Part shown: in pieces, positions 9,325 to 18,259 of the stretch
How positions within the stretch are numbered: the stretch's first letter is position 1
Layout of the letters: each line of letters begins with the position of its first letter
Source of the DNA: Candidatus Enterenecus stercoripullorum
Lineage (GTDB): Bacteria; Bacillota; Clostridia; Oscillospirales; Oscillospiraceae
Length of the DNA stretch: 64,000 nucleotides
Direction: 5' to 3'
Assembly (NCBI GenBank): GCA_018716015.1
Contig: DVKM01000036.1
Span: forward strand, 1,566 to 65,565
The notes under the pieces: model-generated
What the model was told of the DNA's origin: nothing
Database searches by the model: none
The model's input: the letters and a program-made list of their open reading frames with translations, nothing else
Program-made: the position numbers and the translations under genes

Positions 9325-10890
9325 TTGCGACATAACAAACTTTTACTATTTTTACAACACAATGAACTGCTGCTGGAAAAGATTAAGGAATCGCTTGCCT
9401 CTGTCCTGCCCATCACCGCCATCGTGCTGGCCATCAGCGTCACCATCGCTCCGCTGACCCCGGGCACCATGGTTTTGTTTCTGTTTGGGGCAATGCTTCT
9501 GGTGTTCGGCATGGGGCTGTTCTCCCTGGGTGTGGACATGTCCATGACCCCCATGGGGGACGGCATCGGCGTGCAGATCAGCAAAACCAAGCGGGTGCTG
9601 CTGCCGCTGCTGGTCTGCTTTGTCCTGGGCGTGGTGGTCACCATTGCCGAGCCTGACCTGCAGGTGCTGGCCGAACAGCTGCCCTCGGTAGACAACATGA
9701 CCCTGATCCTGGCCGTCGCCATCGGGGTGGGTTTCTTCCTGGTGGTGGCCCAGGCCCGCATGCTGCTGAACATCCCGCTGTCCTACACCCTACTGTTTTT
9801 CTACGCGGTGGTATTCCTCCTGTCCTATTTCGCCCCGGACAGCTTCGTCCCCGCCGCCTTTGACTCCGGCGGTGTCACCACCGGCCCCATCACCGTGCCC
9901 TTCATCATGGCTCTGGGCATTGGTCTGGCTGCGGTGCGAAGCGACAAAAATTCCAGCAGTGACTCCTTCGGTCTGGTGGCCCTGTGTTCCATCGGCCCCA
10001 TTTTGTCCGTCATGGTGCTGGGCATCGTCATGCCCAACCTGGACGCGGCCTATACCCCCGTGGTCATCCCCGAGGTGTCCACCACCCGGGAGGCGGCGGC
10101 GCTTTTCTCCCACGAGATCCCGCAGTACATCTCCGAGGTGGCGGTGGCCCTGCTGCCCATCGTGGCCATTTTCGCCCTGTTCCAGCTGCTCTTCCGCCGC
10201 TTTCTCCGCCAGCAGCTGATCCGCATTCTGGTGGGGCTGGTCTACACCTATGTGGGGTTGGTCCTCTTCCTGGTGGGCGTCAACGTGGGCTTCATGCCCG
10301 CCGGCGCCACCATCGGCGCCACCCTGGCCTCCGGTTCCGCCCAGTGGGCGCTGGTGCCCATCGGCGCCCTGGTGGGCTACTTCATCGTCCGGGCAGAGCC
10401 TGCGGTGCAGGTGCTGGCCCACCAGGTGGAGGAGGTCTCCAACGGCTCCATTACCCAGAAATCCATCAACCACGCGCTTTCCATCGGCATCGCGTTGTCC
10501 GTAGGACTTGCCATGCTGCGCATCCTCACCGGACTTTCCATCATGTGGTTTCTCATCCCCGGCTACGCCGTGGCCCTGGTCATGACCTTCTTCGTCCCCC
10601 AGATGTTTACCGGCATCGCCTTTGACTCCGGCGGCGTGGCCTCCGGCCCCATGACCACCACCTTCCTGCTGCCTCTGGCTATGGGCGCCTGCGAAGCGGT
10701 GGGGGGCAACGTACTGACCGACGCCTTTGGCATTGTGGCCCTGGTGGCCATGACGCCCTTGTTTACCATTCAGCTGCTGGGCCTGTACGGGAAACTCAAG
10801 GCCCACAACGCCGCCAAGTCCCTTCGCCAGGCCATCCGGGAGGATCTGGCCGGCCTGGAGGGCGGCGTTGTCTACTGGGAGGAGGACTGA
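9325..10890 (+). CDS. DUF1538 membrane protein (internally duplicated)
   Basis: Two repeats of AEP.L/VQVLA.Q and AFDSGGV(T/A)(T/S)GP. The start is taken as the TTG after GAAAGGGGG and is approximate. Confidence 0.88.
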   Translation: MRHNKLLLFLQHNELLLEKIKESLASVLPITAIVLAISVTIAPLTPGTMVLFLFGAMLLVFGMGLFSLGVDMSMTPMGDGIGVQISKTKRVLLPLLVCFVLGVVVTIAEPDLQVLAEQLPSVDNMTLILAVAIGVGFFLVVAQARMLLNIPLSYTLLFFYAVVFLLSYFAPDSFVPAAFDSGGVTTGPITVPFIMALGIGLAAVRSDKNSSSDSFGLVALCSIGPILSVMVLGIVMPNLDAAYTPVVIPEVSTTREAAALFSHEIPQYISEVAVALLPIVAIFALFQLLFRRFLRQQLIRILVGLVYTYVGLVLFLVGVNVGFMPAGATIGATLASGSAQWALVPIGALVGYFIVRAEPAVQVLAHQVEEVSNGSITQKSINHALSIGIALSVGLAMLRILTGLSIMWFLIPGYAVALVMTFFVPQMFTGIAFDSGGVASGPMTTTFLLPLAMGACEAVGGNVLTDAFGIVALVAMTPLFTIQLLGLYGKLKAHNAAKSLRQAIREDLAGLEGGVVYWEED

Positions 10891-10893
10891 GCC

Positions 10894-11583
10894 ATGGCCG
10901 CACAACAAATCAGCCCCATGCAGCTGCTGGTCTCCATCGTGGAGCGGGGCAAGGGACTGCATCTCATGGAACACTACAAAACCTTCAAGCTGCTGCACCA
11001 CAATCAGGCCGCAGGCCGGGGCACTGCTTCCTCCCACCTGCTGGACGCGCTGGGCTTTGGCACCTCGGAACGGGATGTGGTGCTCACCTTTGGCCCCCGG
11101 GACACGGTGCGGCAGCTGATGAACCATCTGAAGGACGAGGACCGCTCCAAGCTGGATACCCGGGGCATTGCCTTTTCCCTGGATATGTCGGGGATGAGCG
11201 CCATCATGGCGGTGTGCCTGTCCCGGCTGGAGAAACTGGAACCGGAAAGGGGAGAACCGATGATGCAGCAGAATACCGCCGCCCATCACAGCCTGATTTT
11301 AGTTGTCGTCAACCAGGGCTATACCGACGCGGTGATGGACACCGCCCGGGCCGTGGGCGCCCGGGGCGGCACCGTCATCCGGGCCCGCTGGACAGGGGCC
11401 GGCGAAGTGGAAAAATTCGTGGGCATCACCCTCCAGGCGGAAAAGGAGGTGCTGGCCATTGTGGCCCCCGCCCGGGAGCGCAATGTCATTATGGAGGAGA
11501 TCGACCGGGTACACGGCCTGCGCACCGACGCCCAGGGCATGGTCATCTCCCTGCCCATCGAGCAGACCGCCCGGCTAGACTAA
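10894..11583 (+). CDS. Tandem PII-like signalling protein (two domains)
   Basis: First domain IVERGKG...GRGTA...GIAFSL; second domain VVNQG..DAVMDTARAVGARGGTVI...EKEVL. Confidence 0.82.
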   Translation: MAAQQISPMQLLVSIVERGKGLHLMEHYKTFKLLHHNQAAGRGTASSHLLDALGFGTSERDVVLTFGPRDTVRQLMNHLKDEDRSKLDTRGIAFSLDMSGMSAIMAVCLSRLEKLEPERGEPMMQQNTAAHHSLILVVVNQGYTDAVMDTARAVGARGGTVIRARWTGAGEVEKFVGITLQAEKEVLAIVAPARERNVIMEEIDRVHGLRTDAQGMVISLPIEQTARLD

Positions 11584-11765
11584 GCGCCAAGCCGTCGTGA
11601 ACAGCCCGGGTGGACCGCAGCGAGGGACACAGACAAAATTGCAAAGCAATTTCGTCTGTGTCCCAAGTCGGAGGGAAGCCAGGCGTCGTGAGCAGGCGAG
11701 GCGTGACAACATAAAAGCGCCAAGCCGTTACGAACAGTCCGGATGGACTGCGGTGAGGGCCACAG
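11582..11765. repeat. Pair of imperfect 51-bp direct repeats enclosing a hairpin (REP-like)
   Basis: 11582-11632 and 11715-11765 are 42/51 identical. Hairpin GGGACACAGAC...GTCTGTGTCCC between them. Confidence 0.7.
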
Positions 11766-11792
11766 CCCCGGCGGAAACAGTCGCTTGCATCC

Positions 11793-11831
11793 AAAACGCC
11801 CCCAGCCGCGAACTGCGGCTGGGGGCGTTTT
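11793..11831. terminator. Bidirectional terminator
   Basis: AAAACGCCCCCAGCCGC-GAACT-GCGGCTGGGGGCGTTTT. Confidence 0.8.
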
Positions 11832-11854
11832 ACTGATCCAGACTTTTTCCAGAT

Positions 11855-12229
11855 TCACTTCTCCGGCAGGGTCTCCCGCAGGGTTCGGGCCACCAGCACG
11901 TTTTCCCCCTGGAGGGGGAGAAGGGCGTCCCCGTTCCGGGGATCCAGCTCCAGCAGCAGCTGCCGGAAGCGGATGGACGGGACGTCCAGCGCCTCTCCTC
12001 CCTGCCACATACAGACCACCGCCTGAACCTGGGTGTCCTCCCCGTCCCGGAGCTGTCGCAGAAGGCCGTCCTCATCCGCCCCGTTCTCCACATTCTGGTT
12101 GGATACATGGTACACATTGTCTTTTGCCGTTTTCACCACGATCACCTGCTGGGCGGTGGGCTCCGCCTCCATCAGCCCCTTGGCCTGCTCCAGCAGACCG
12201 AGCAGCTGGTCTTTTTGCCTGTCTGTCAT
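11855..12229 (-). CDS. Hypothetical protein, cytidine-deaminase-like with degenerate zinc motifs
   Basis: AAGGAGG RBS. Layout V.T.K.NVY...E...VVCM...PSIRFRQLLLELDPRN mirrors Cdd PCGxCRQ but without the cysteines. Confidence 0.55.
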   Translation of the reverse strand: MTDRQKDQLLGLLEQAKGLMEAEPTAQQVIVVKTAKDNVYHVSNQNVENGADEDGLLRQLRDGEDTQVQAVVCMWQGGEALDVPSIRFRQLLLELDPRNGDALLPLQGENVLVARTLRETLPEK

Positions 12230-12307
12230 CTGAGTCCTCCTTACAATCTGATATGGCTCTCTTCTCATTTAGTGTACTAAATTATTCCAGCCCTGTCAAC
12301 TGTCATT

Positions 12308-12970
12308 TCATGAAATTTTTTCCGCCGTCCTCCGCTTTTGATCCCCCGGAGCTTTCAGCCCCTCCAAGTAGTCCTCCACTGGGAAGGGCTCCAGCACGCT
12401 GTCCTTCCTCAAATACAGAGGGTGGTGGGGATGGCCTTTTTTCGACCGCTTCCCGGCGCTGTACCACCGGGCGTTGTGGGCGCGGCCAATCTCAATCATG
12501 TCCCAGACGCAGCCGGGCAGATAGTCCCGCTTCTCCAGGATGGTCCCCCAGGCCGCCCAGATGGCCGGGTGGCCCCCCTTATCCAGGGAGAGGGCATAGT
12601 CGAAGGCCTTCATGTTCTCCCGGTGGAGCCGGGCATTGCACTCCCTCTCCATATCGTCCGGGTCGGTGGCCCGCTGGGCATAGACATTGAACATGAGGAA
12701 GCTGTCAAAGCCATTGTAGCGGGCAATCCGCTCCACCGATTTCAGGGTGTTGTCCAGGCTGTCCGGCGCGGCGGTGGACGGGTTGATCCCCACACAGACC
12801 AGGGGATTGTCCCCCCGGGTACCCAGAATATACCGGTACTGGGTGTAATAGTTCGGGACAAAAATCCATTTTGTAATATCATAATCCGGACTGGGCCGCT
12901 GGGACTGGGCCAGATCGGCCTCAAAGGGGACCAGCTCCAGCAGGCTGGTGGGTCCATCTGGGATGTGCAT
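12308..12970 (-). CDS. DUF1643 family protein
   Basis: YRYILG, GINPSTA, NVYAQRATDP, AAWG and PHHPLY motifs. Confidence 0.85.
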   Translation of the reverse strand: MHIPDGPTSLLELVPFEADLAQSQRPSPDYDITKWIFVPNYYTQYRYILGTRGDNPLVCVGINPSTAAPDSLDNTLKSVERIARYNGFDSFLMFNVYAQRATDPDDMERECNARLHRENMKAFDYALSLDKGGHPAIWAAWGTILEKRDYLPGCVWDMIEIGRAHNARWYSAGKRSKKGHPHHPLYLRKDSVLEPFPVEDYLEGLKAPGDQKRRTAEKIS

Positions 12971-13137
12971 GGCGAACCTCCTGGTGGGATTTCTCCGTTT
13001 TTTCAGTTCGCTCCATTATGACATATTCCGCAAAAAAAGTGAAGGGGAAAATACGCTCCGTCCCCTTGCGCGAACCGCTCCTGTCCGGTATCATAGGAGA
13101 AGCGCCACGCATCCTGTCATCCCAAAGGAGGATCTCC

Positions 13138-13839
13138 ATGAGATACCATGCTGTCCGCCCCGCCCGCTTTCTATCCCGTCCCAACCGCTTCATCGCCCAG
13201 GTGGAGCTGGGCGGGCGGGAGGAGACCGTCCATGTGAAAAACACCGGCCGCTGCCGGGAGCTGCTTGTCCCCGGCCGCACCGTCTACCTGGAGGAAAGCT
13301 CCAATCCTCAGCGCAAAACCCGTTTTGACCTGATCGCCGTGGACAAGGATGGGCTGCTCATCAACATGGACGCCCAGGCCCCCAACCAGGTCTTTGCCGA
13401 GTGGGCGGGCGCGGGGCATTTTCGGGAAAACCTCACCCTGCTGAGGCCGGAGACCACCTGGGGGGGCTCCCGGTTTGATTTCTACTGGGAGGACGCCGCC
13501 GGCGCCAGGGGCTTTGTGGAGGTCAAGGGCTGCACCCTGGAAGAGCGCGGCCTGGCCATGTTCCCCGACGCCCCCACCCTGCGGGGAGTGAAGCACCTGC
13601 GGGAGCTGGCCCGGGCCCAAGGCGAGGGCTATGAGTGTAGCGTATGCATCGTGCTTCAGATGAAGGGCTGCCGCCGGTTCTGCCCCAACGAGCGCACCCA
13701 CCCGGAGTTTGGCCAGGCCCTCCGGGAGGCGGCCCAGGCGGGCGTACAGGTGCTGGCCCTGGACTGCCGGGCGGCGCCGGACCGGTTGGAGATCGACGGC
13801 CCTGTCCCGGTGTCCCTCACCATGGAATCCAACCCATAA
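13138..13839 (+). CDS. sfsA: DNA/RNA nuclease SfsA
   Basis: RPNRFIA, HVKNTGR, SRFDF, VEVKG and FPDAPT.RG.KHL motifs. Confidence 0.93.
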   Translation: MRYHAVRPARFLSRPNRFIAQVELGGREETVHVKNTGRCRELLVPGRTVYLEESSNPQRKTRFDLIAVDKDGLLINMDAQAPNQVFAEWAGAGHFRENLTLLRPETTWGGSRFDFYWEDAAGARGFVEVKGCTLEERGLAMFPDAPTLRGVKHLRELARAQGEGYECSVCIVLQMKGCRRFCPNERTHPEFGQALREAAQAGVQVLALDCRAAPDRLEIDGPVPVSLTMESNP

Positions 13840-13895
13840 AACCGCAAAAAGGGGCTGCCCATTAGGGCGCCCCTTTTCCTGTCCTCGCTTCTCCC

Positions 13896-14516
13896 TCAGG
13901 TGTTTTTCATGATGACCCGCTCCACCACATCGGCCACGTCCTCGCACCGGTCGCAGCATTTCTCCAAGTGGTCGTAGAGGGTAGTCCAGGCCATCACCGT
14001 CACCGGATCCGACTCCTCGGTATACAGCCGGCGCATGGTGTCCGTATACAGCCGGTCCCCCTCCTCCTCCATGTGGTTGATCTCGATCACCAGGTCCCGC
14101 AGCAGGCTGGACTTGCGGAAGTTATGCATCTCCCCCATCATCTTCTCCAGCGCCTGGCACAGGCGCATGATGACATCTGTGAACGCCTTCGCGTCTGGGC
14201 GCAGCTGGGTGATATTGAACATGTAAAGGCGCAGCAGCACGTCCTCAATGCTGTCGGTCACATCGTCGATGGTGCTGGACAGCTCCATGATATCCTCCCG
14301 CTCGATGGGAGGCAGGAACTCCTTGAGCAGACATTCCATCATCTCGTGCTTCATCTCGTCGCCGGCATGTTCGATCTGGTGCATCTCCTCCATGCGCCGG
14401 GGCAGCTGGCTGGGATCGTATTGCGCAAAACAGGCGTGCAGCAGCTGCGCGGCTTTACATCCATACTCCACGCCCTTGGTGAAGCTCTCAAAATAGTTCA
14501 TTCCCTTTTTCGCCAT
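13896..14516 (-). CDS. DUF47/PhoU-like Pit accessory protein
   Basis: EHAGD...PIEREDI...DDVTD and EEEGD repeats; lies downstream of pit. Confidence 0.9.
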   Translation of the reverse strand: MAKKGMNYFESFTKGVEYGCKAAQLLHACFAQYDPSQLPRRMEEMHQIEHAGDEMKHEMMECLLKEFLPPIEREDIMELSSTIDDVTDSIEDVLLRLYMFNITQLRPDAKAFTDVIMRLCQALEKMMGEMHNFRKSSLLRDLVIEINHMEEEGDRLYTDTMRRLYTEESDPVTVMAWTTLYDHLEKCCDRCEDVADVVERVIMKNT

Positions 14517-14540
14517 GTTGTAATCTCCTCTTCTCTTTGG

Positions 14541-15593
14541 TCAGAATAGCCACATGAACAGTCTCGCCATGAAAAATCCGATGATGCCGCAGCCGGGGAA
14601 GGTGAGCACCCAGGTCATCACCATCTCCCGCACCACGCTCCAGTTGACGCTGGACAGCCGCCGGGCCGCGCCCACCCCCATGATGGCGGTGGTCTTGGTG
14701 TGGGTGGTGGACACCGGGATGCCGGTGAGGGAGGCCACCAGCAGGCAGCCCGCTCCGGCCAGGTCAGCGGCGAAACCCTGATACTTCTCCAGCTTCACCA
14801 TATCCATGCCCACCGCTTTGATGATCCGGTAGCCCCCAATGGAGGTACCCAGGGCCATCACTGCGCTGCACAGGATCATCAGCCAGACGGGAATCTGGAA
14901 TCTGCCCACTTCCCCCTGTCCGTTGGCCAGGAAGATGCCCAGCATGAACACCCCCATGAACTTCTGCCCGTCCTGGGCCCCGTGCATGAAGGCCATGGCC
15001 GCGCCGCCGGCAGCCTGGGCTCCCCGGAAAAATCCCAGGGTCTTGCGCCGGTCCATACCCCGGCACACCAGCTCCACCCCCTTGACCGCAATCCAGCCGA
15101 GGGCAAAGCCCAGCACCGTGGACAATACCAGGCCGTAGATCACCTTGACCCATTCCGAGCCGTTGATCCCGGCCAGCCCGCCGTGCAGGGCGATGGCCGC
15201 CCCGGACAGCCCGGCGATCAGGGCATGGCTCTCACTGGTGGGGATGCCGAACCACCAGGCCGCCACCGCCCAGGTCACAATGGCGAACAGGGCCGCGCAC
15301 AAAGCCACCAGCGCCTCTCCCGTGTCCCCGCCAAAATCCACCATATCATAAATGGTGGCCGCGACACTGGCGTTGATCACGGTCATCACCAGCACGCCCA
15401 AAAAGTTGAATACCGCGGCCATCAGGATGGCCGCCCTGGGGGACATAGATTGGGTGGAGACACAGGTGGCGATGGCATTGGGTGCGTCTGTCCAGCCGTT
15501 GACCAGGATCACGCCCAGCGTTAGCAGCACCGTGATTGCCAGCACCGGGCTACTGGTCAACTGGGACAGAAAGTCCGCCAGAGATAAGGTCAT
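14541..15593 (-). CDS. pit: Inorganic phosphate transporter (PiT family)
   Basis: NGWTDAPNAIAT, GIPTSESHA, HGAQDGQK and PVSTTH motifs. Confidence 0.92.
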   Translation of the reverse strand: MTLSLADFLSQLTSSPVLAITVLLTLGVILVNGWTDAPNAIATCVSTQSMSPRAAILMAAVFNFLGVLVMTVINASVAATIYDMVDFGGDTGEALVALCAALFAIVTWAVAAWWFGIPTSESHALIAGLSGAAIALHGGLAGINGSEWVKVIYGLVLSTVLGFALGWIAVKGVELVCRGMDRRKTLGFFRGAQAAGGAAMAFMHGAQDGQKFMGVFMLGIFLANGQGEVGRFQIPVWLMILCSAVMALGTSIGGYRIIKAVGMDMVKLEKYQGFAADLAGAGCLLVASLTGIPVSTTHTKTTAIMGVGAARRLSSVNWSVVREMVMTWVLTFPGCGIIGFFMARLFMWLF

Positions 15594-15609
15594 TTTAATT
15601 TTCCCTCTC

Positions 15610-15700
15610 TTTACATTCTTTTTACCGTTACGTTACGTTTATTATAAAGGATTCCGCCTCATATTTCCACAGCTTTCTTCTATTTTACACAACCTTTACA
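15610..15700. promoter_or_regulatory. Pho-box-like 11-bp-periodic repeats upstream of pit
   Basis: TTTACA-N5-TTTACC-N5-GTTACG (15610-15637) and TTTACA-N5-TTTACA (15684-15700). Confidence 0.55.
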
Positions 15701-15852
15701 TTTCTGTCTATCCCTCTGGTAAATTTCTTTCGCCGGCCAAGCCGGAGCCCCTCTCCCGCGTCTAATGTGATTCCCGCACTTCCTATGGTCGTCTTGTATA
15801 TTCAGCAAAATAAAAAACCCACCAGTTGAGCTGGTGGGTTTGATTGGATGTG

Positions 15853-16662
15853 TTATCCCTTTCTGGAAATGGCCCAGATGATGATAAACCCCGCGGCAAA
15901 GGTGGCCAGGCACAGCAGCGCCTCTGGCCAGCTCGGAATGCCCGGGAACAGCTCCGCCATGGAGCCCAGCATGAAGCCCAGCATGATCAGGTAGGTGGGC
16001 TGGGGGTGGCTCACCATGGCCCGTTCCAGCACCTTGGCGGTGGGTACGATGCCCGCCAGCAGTCCCAGTCCCAAGGGGATCAGGAAGGGCAGGTAAAAGG
16101 TGCTGATGGCCCGCATGGTCTCGTCGTACAGCCCCATGAGCAGCAGCAGGTAGGACACGCTGATGCCCGGCAGCACCAGGGCCACCGCCGCGATAAATCC
16201 GGCTACCGCCAGCAGCAGGAAGCTGAGGATCCCCGCTTCCATCTCCGACTGGGCCTTCCCCACGGGGATCAGCCCGATGAGCACCACCACAACAATCCCG
16301 ATCAGGATATAGACCGGCAGCCGCCAGGAAAAGCGCTTCACCTTTGCCTCCCGGAACATCAGGGGAATGCCCCCTGCCACGGCCCCCAGGAAAAAGTACC
16401 GCATGGGCATGGGATAGCGCTCGATCAGCGCCAGCAGCGGCTTGGCAAACAAGACCATGCCCAGCAGGCCACCCGCCGCGAACAGGGCCAGAAAGGCGAA
16501 GCTGGCGCGCTTGTGCTTCATAAAGGAGCTGACCGAGGACACCAGCCGGTCATACACCCCGAGGATGATGGCCATGGAGCCGCCGCTGGCCCCGGGCACC
16601 AGCATGGTGCCCCCCACCACCAGGCCCTTCAGCGCTGTCAGAAATTTTTCCTTATGGGTCAA
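15853..16662 (-). CDS. DUF368 family membrane protein (undecaprenyl-phosphate translocase-like)
   Basis: KGLVVG...VPGASGGSMAIILGVYD and a second LPGISVS repeat. TTG start after AAAGGTGG. Confidence 0.87.
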   Translation of the reverse strand: MTHKEKFLTALKGLVVGGTMLVPGASGGSMAIILGVYDRLVSSVSSFMKHKRASFAFLALFAAGGLLGMVLFAKPLLALIERYPMPMRYFFLGAVAGGIPLMFREAKVKRFSWRLPVYILIGIVVVVLIGLIPVGKAQSEMEAGILSFLLLAVAGFIAAVALVLPGISVSYLLLLMGLYDETMRAISTFYLPFLIPLGLGLLAGIVPTAKVLERAMVSHPQPTYLIMLGFMLGSMAELFPGIPSWPEALLCLATFAAGFIIIWAISRKG

Positions 16663-16831
16663 ACTACCACCACCTTTATCTGCCGGCCGGGAAAGAGAAG
16701 CAGGCACCCCCAAGCCCGGAAAATGAACTCAGGTCGTGCCCGCATGCCCAGAAGGTTCCGCTTCCCAAACGCCGCTCGATCCGGCGGCCGCAGCCTCCAT
16801 CGGGTATCCCCGCTTCTGCTCTCAATGATCT
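16663..16831 (-). ncRNA. Candidate structured cis-regulatory 5' leader of DUF368
   Basis: Minus-strand TTGACA-N18-TATACT (16867-16838). The ~170-nt leader has ends that pair (AGAAGCGGG..ATACCC with GGGTG-CCTGCTTCT). Confidence 0.45.
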
Positions 16832-16948
16832 TGACACAGTATACAGGACAGGCGCCCCCTCTGTCAATAGAGCCCTGGGAATCTTCAGGCTTTCTTAACA
16901 TATACGGCCCTGCGCGCCCCAGCTCCCCATCCTGCTGCGGCTGCCCCC

Positions 16949-18259
16949 TCAATCATTCCAGCCGCTGATCCGGGTCAGGGAAAAGATGGAGTAGCACTAC
17001 AGGCTAGCGGGGAAATTTTTCATGTCGTTGGTGTTGGAGTTGATCAGGTAGTCCACTGTGTTTCCCTGCTCATCGCACACCAGATCCCGGATGATCACCG
17101 CATGGCGCCAGACCCCCTCGGTGCCCATCTGGATCAGGTCCCCCGGCTGCCCGCTGTAATAGGGCGCGTCCACCTGGGCTGCCAGTCCAAAACCGGTGTT
17201 GTCCGCAGCATAGGTGCGAAAGCTGCCCACCCCCGTCCAGGAGGTGGAGCGCCCCTCTGCCCGGGGGGAATTGGAGGGGGTGCTGCCATACCATTTCCAT
17301 ACCGCGCCGCCGGAGACGTCCATGGGGATCCCCCCCGCCAGCAGGCACTGGGAGACATAGTTCTGGCAGTTGCCGCCCACGGCGCTGTAATCCGTCCACG
17401 CTCCATTGCGGTCCATGGCGTAGGCGTCCGCATACTCCAGCGCTGCCTGCCGGTCATAGGGATGGTCCGCCTGGGGCAGCGGGCTGGCCTGGCCCAGCTG
17501 CCCCTCCCGCTCTTCCTGAGCCGCCTGGATCTGCTCCAGATAGCCCGGCATCGCCTCAATGTACTGCGCCGTCAAGTCCCCATCCCGCCAGTCCGTCTCG
17601 CTGTCCTCCAAGAGTTGGCCGTATAAGGTGTCATACTGCATATGGCTGCGGATGTACCAGGCCCCGCCCACCTGCTCCAGCACAAAGTGGTGGAAGTTCC
17701 CCGACCGCTCCGAGTCCACCCCCGGCAGCTGAGTAAAATTCTGGACAATGGTCTCGATGGCCCCCACCTCCACCGCGCCGTCCTCCACCTCCCCAGTCTG
17801 CATGCAGGACAGGGTATAGTGATAGCCGGTGAGGGTGTAATCAATCCCGTCGATCAGGGTGCGGGTGCCAATCTGCAGGGCGATGGCGCTCTGGCTGGCC
17901 AGGGCCTGGGTCTCGTCGGTAAACAGGTCGGAGAAGTCCGGCTCCTCCAGCCGTCCCATGCACGCATAGGCCCGGGTCATGTAGGTGTGGATCACCTCCT
18001 CCTGCTCCTTGCGCAAGGGGGACACCCCTTCTTCATAGAGGATCTCCCCGTCCCCCAGTGGCTTCTCCGGGTCCTGGGTTTGAAACGGCTGGGGGGCGAT
18101 CACCTGGGTGGTCGGCTGTCCGGTCTGCTCCGTCAGCGGCTCTCCTCCGGTACATCCTGCCGTGCCCAGCAGCAGTCCGGCCAGCGCCGCGCCCGCAAGC
18201 ATCTGTTTCAGGCCCCATTGCCTTCCCCCCACCTTTGCGCTCCTGCCACGCCTTCTCAT
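16949..18259 (-). CDS. Putative amidase-domain (Amidase_6-like) lipoprotein with in-frame TAG at 16997-16999
   Basis: Lipobox LGTAGC; YDRQAALEYA, GGNCQNYVSQCL and PGDLIQ..H motifs. The frame continues past the TAG as CYSIFSLTRISGWND to TGA at 16949. Confidence 0.75.

Noticed and set aside
11582-11765. Mini CRISPR array
   Set aside because: Only two degenerate 51-bp units with an 82-bp structured spacer, and no cas genes.
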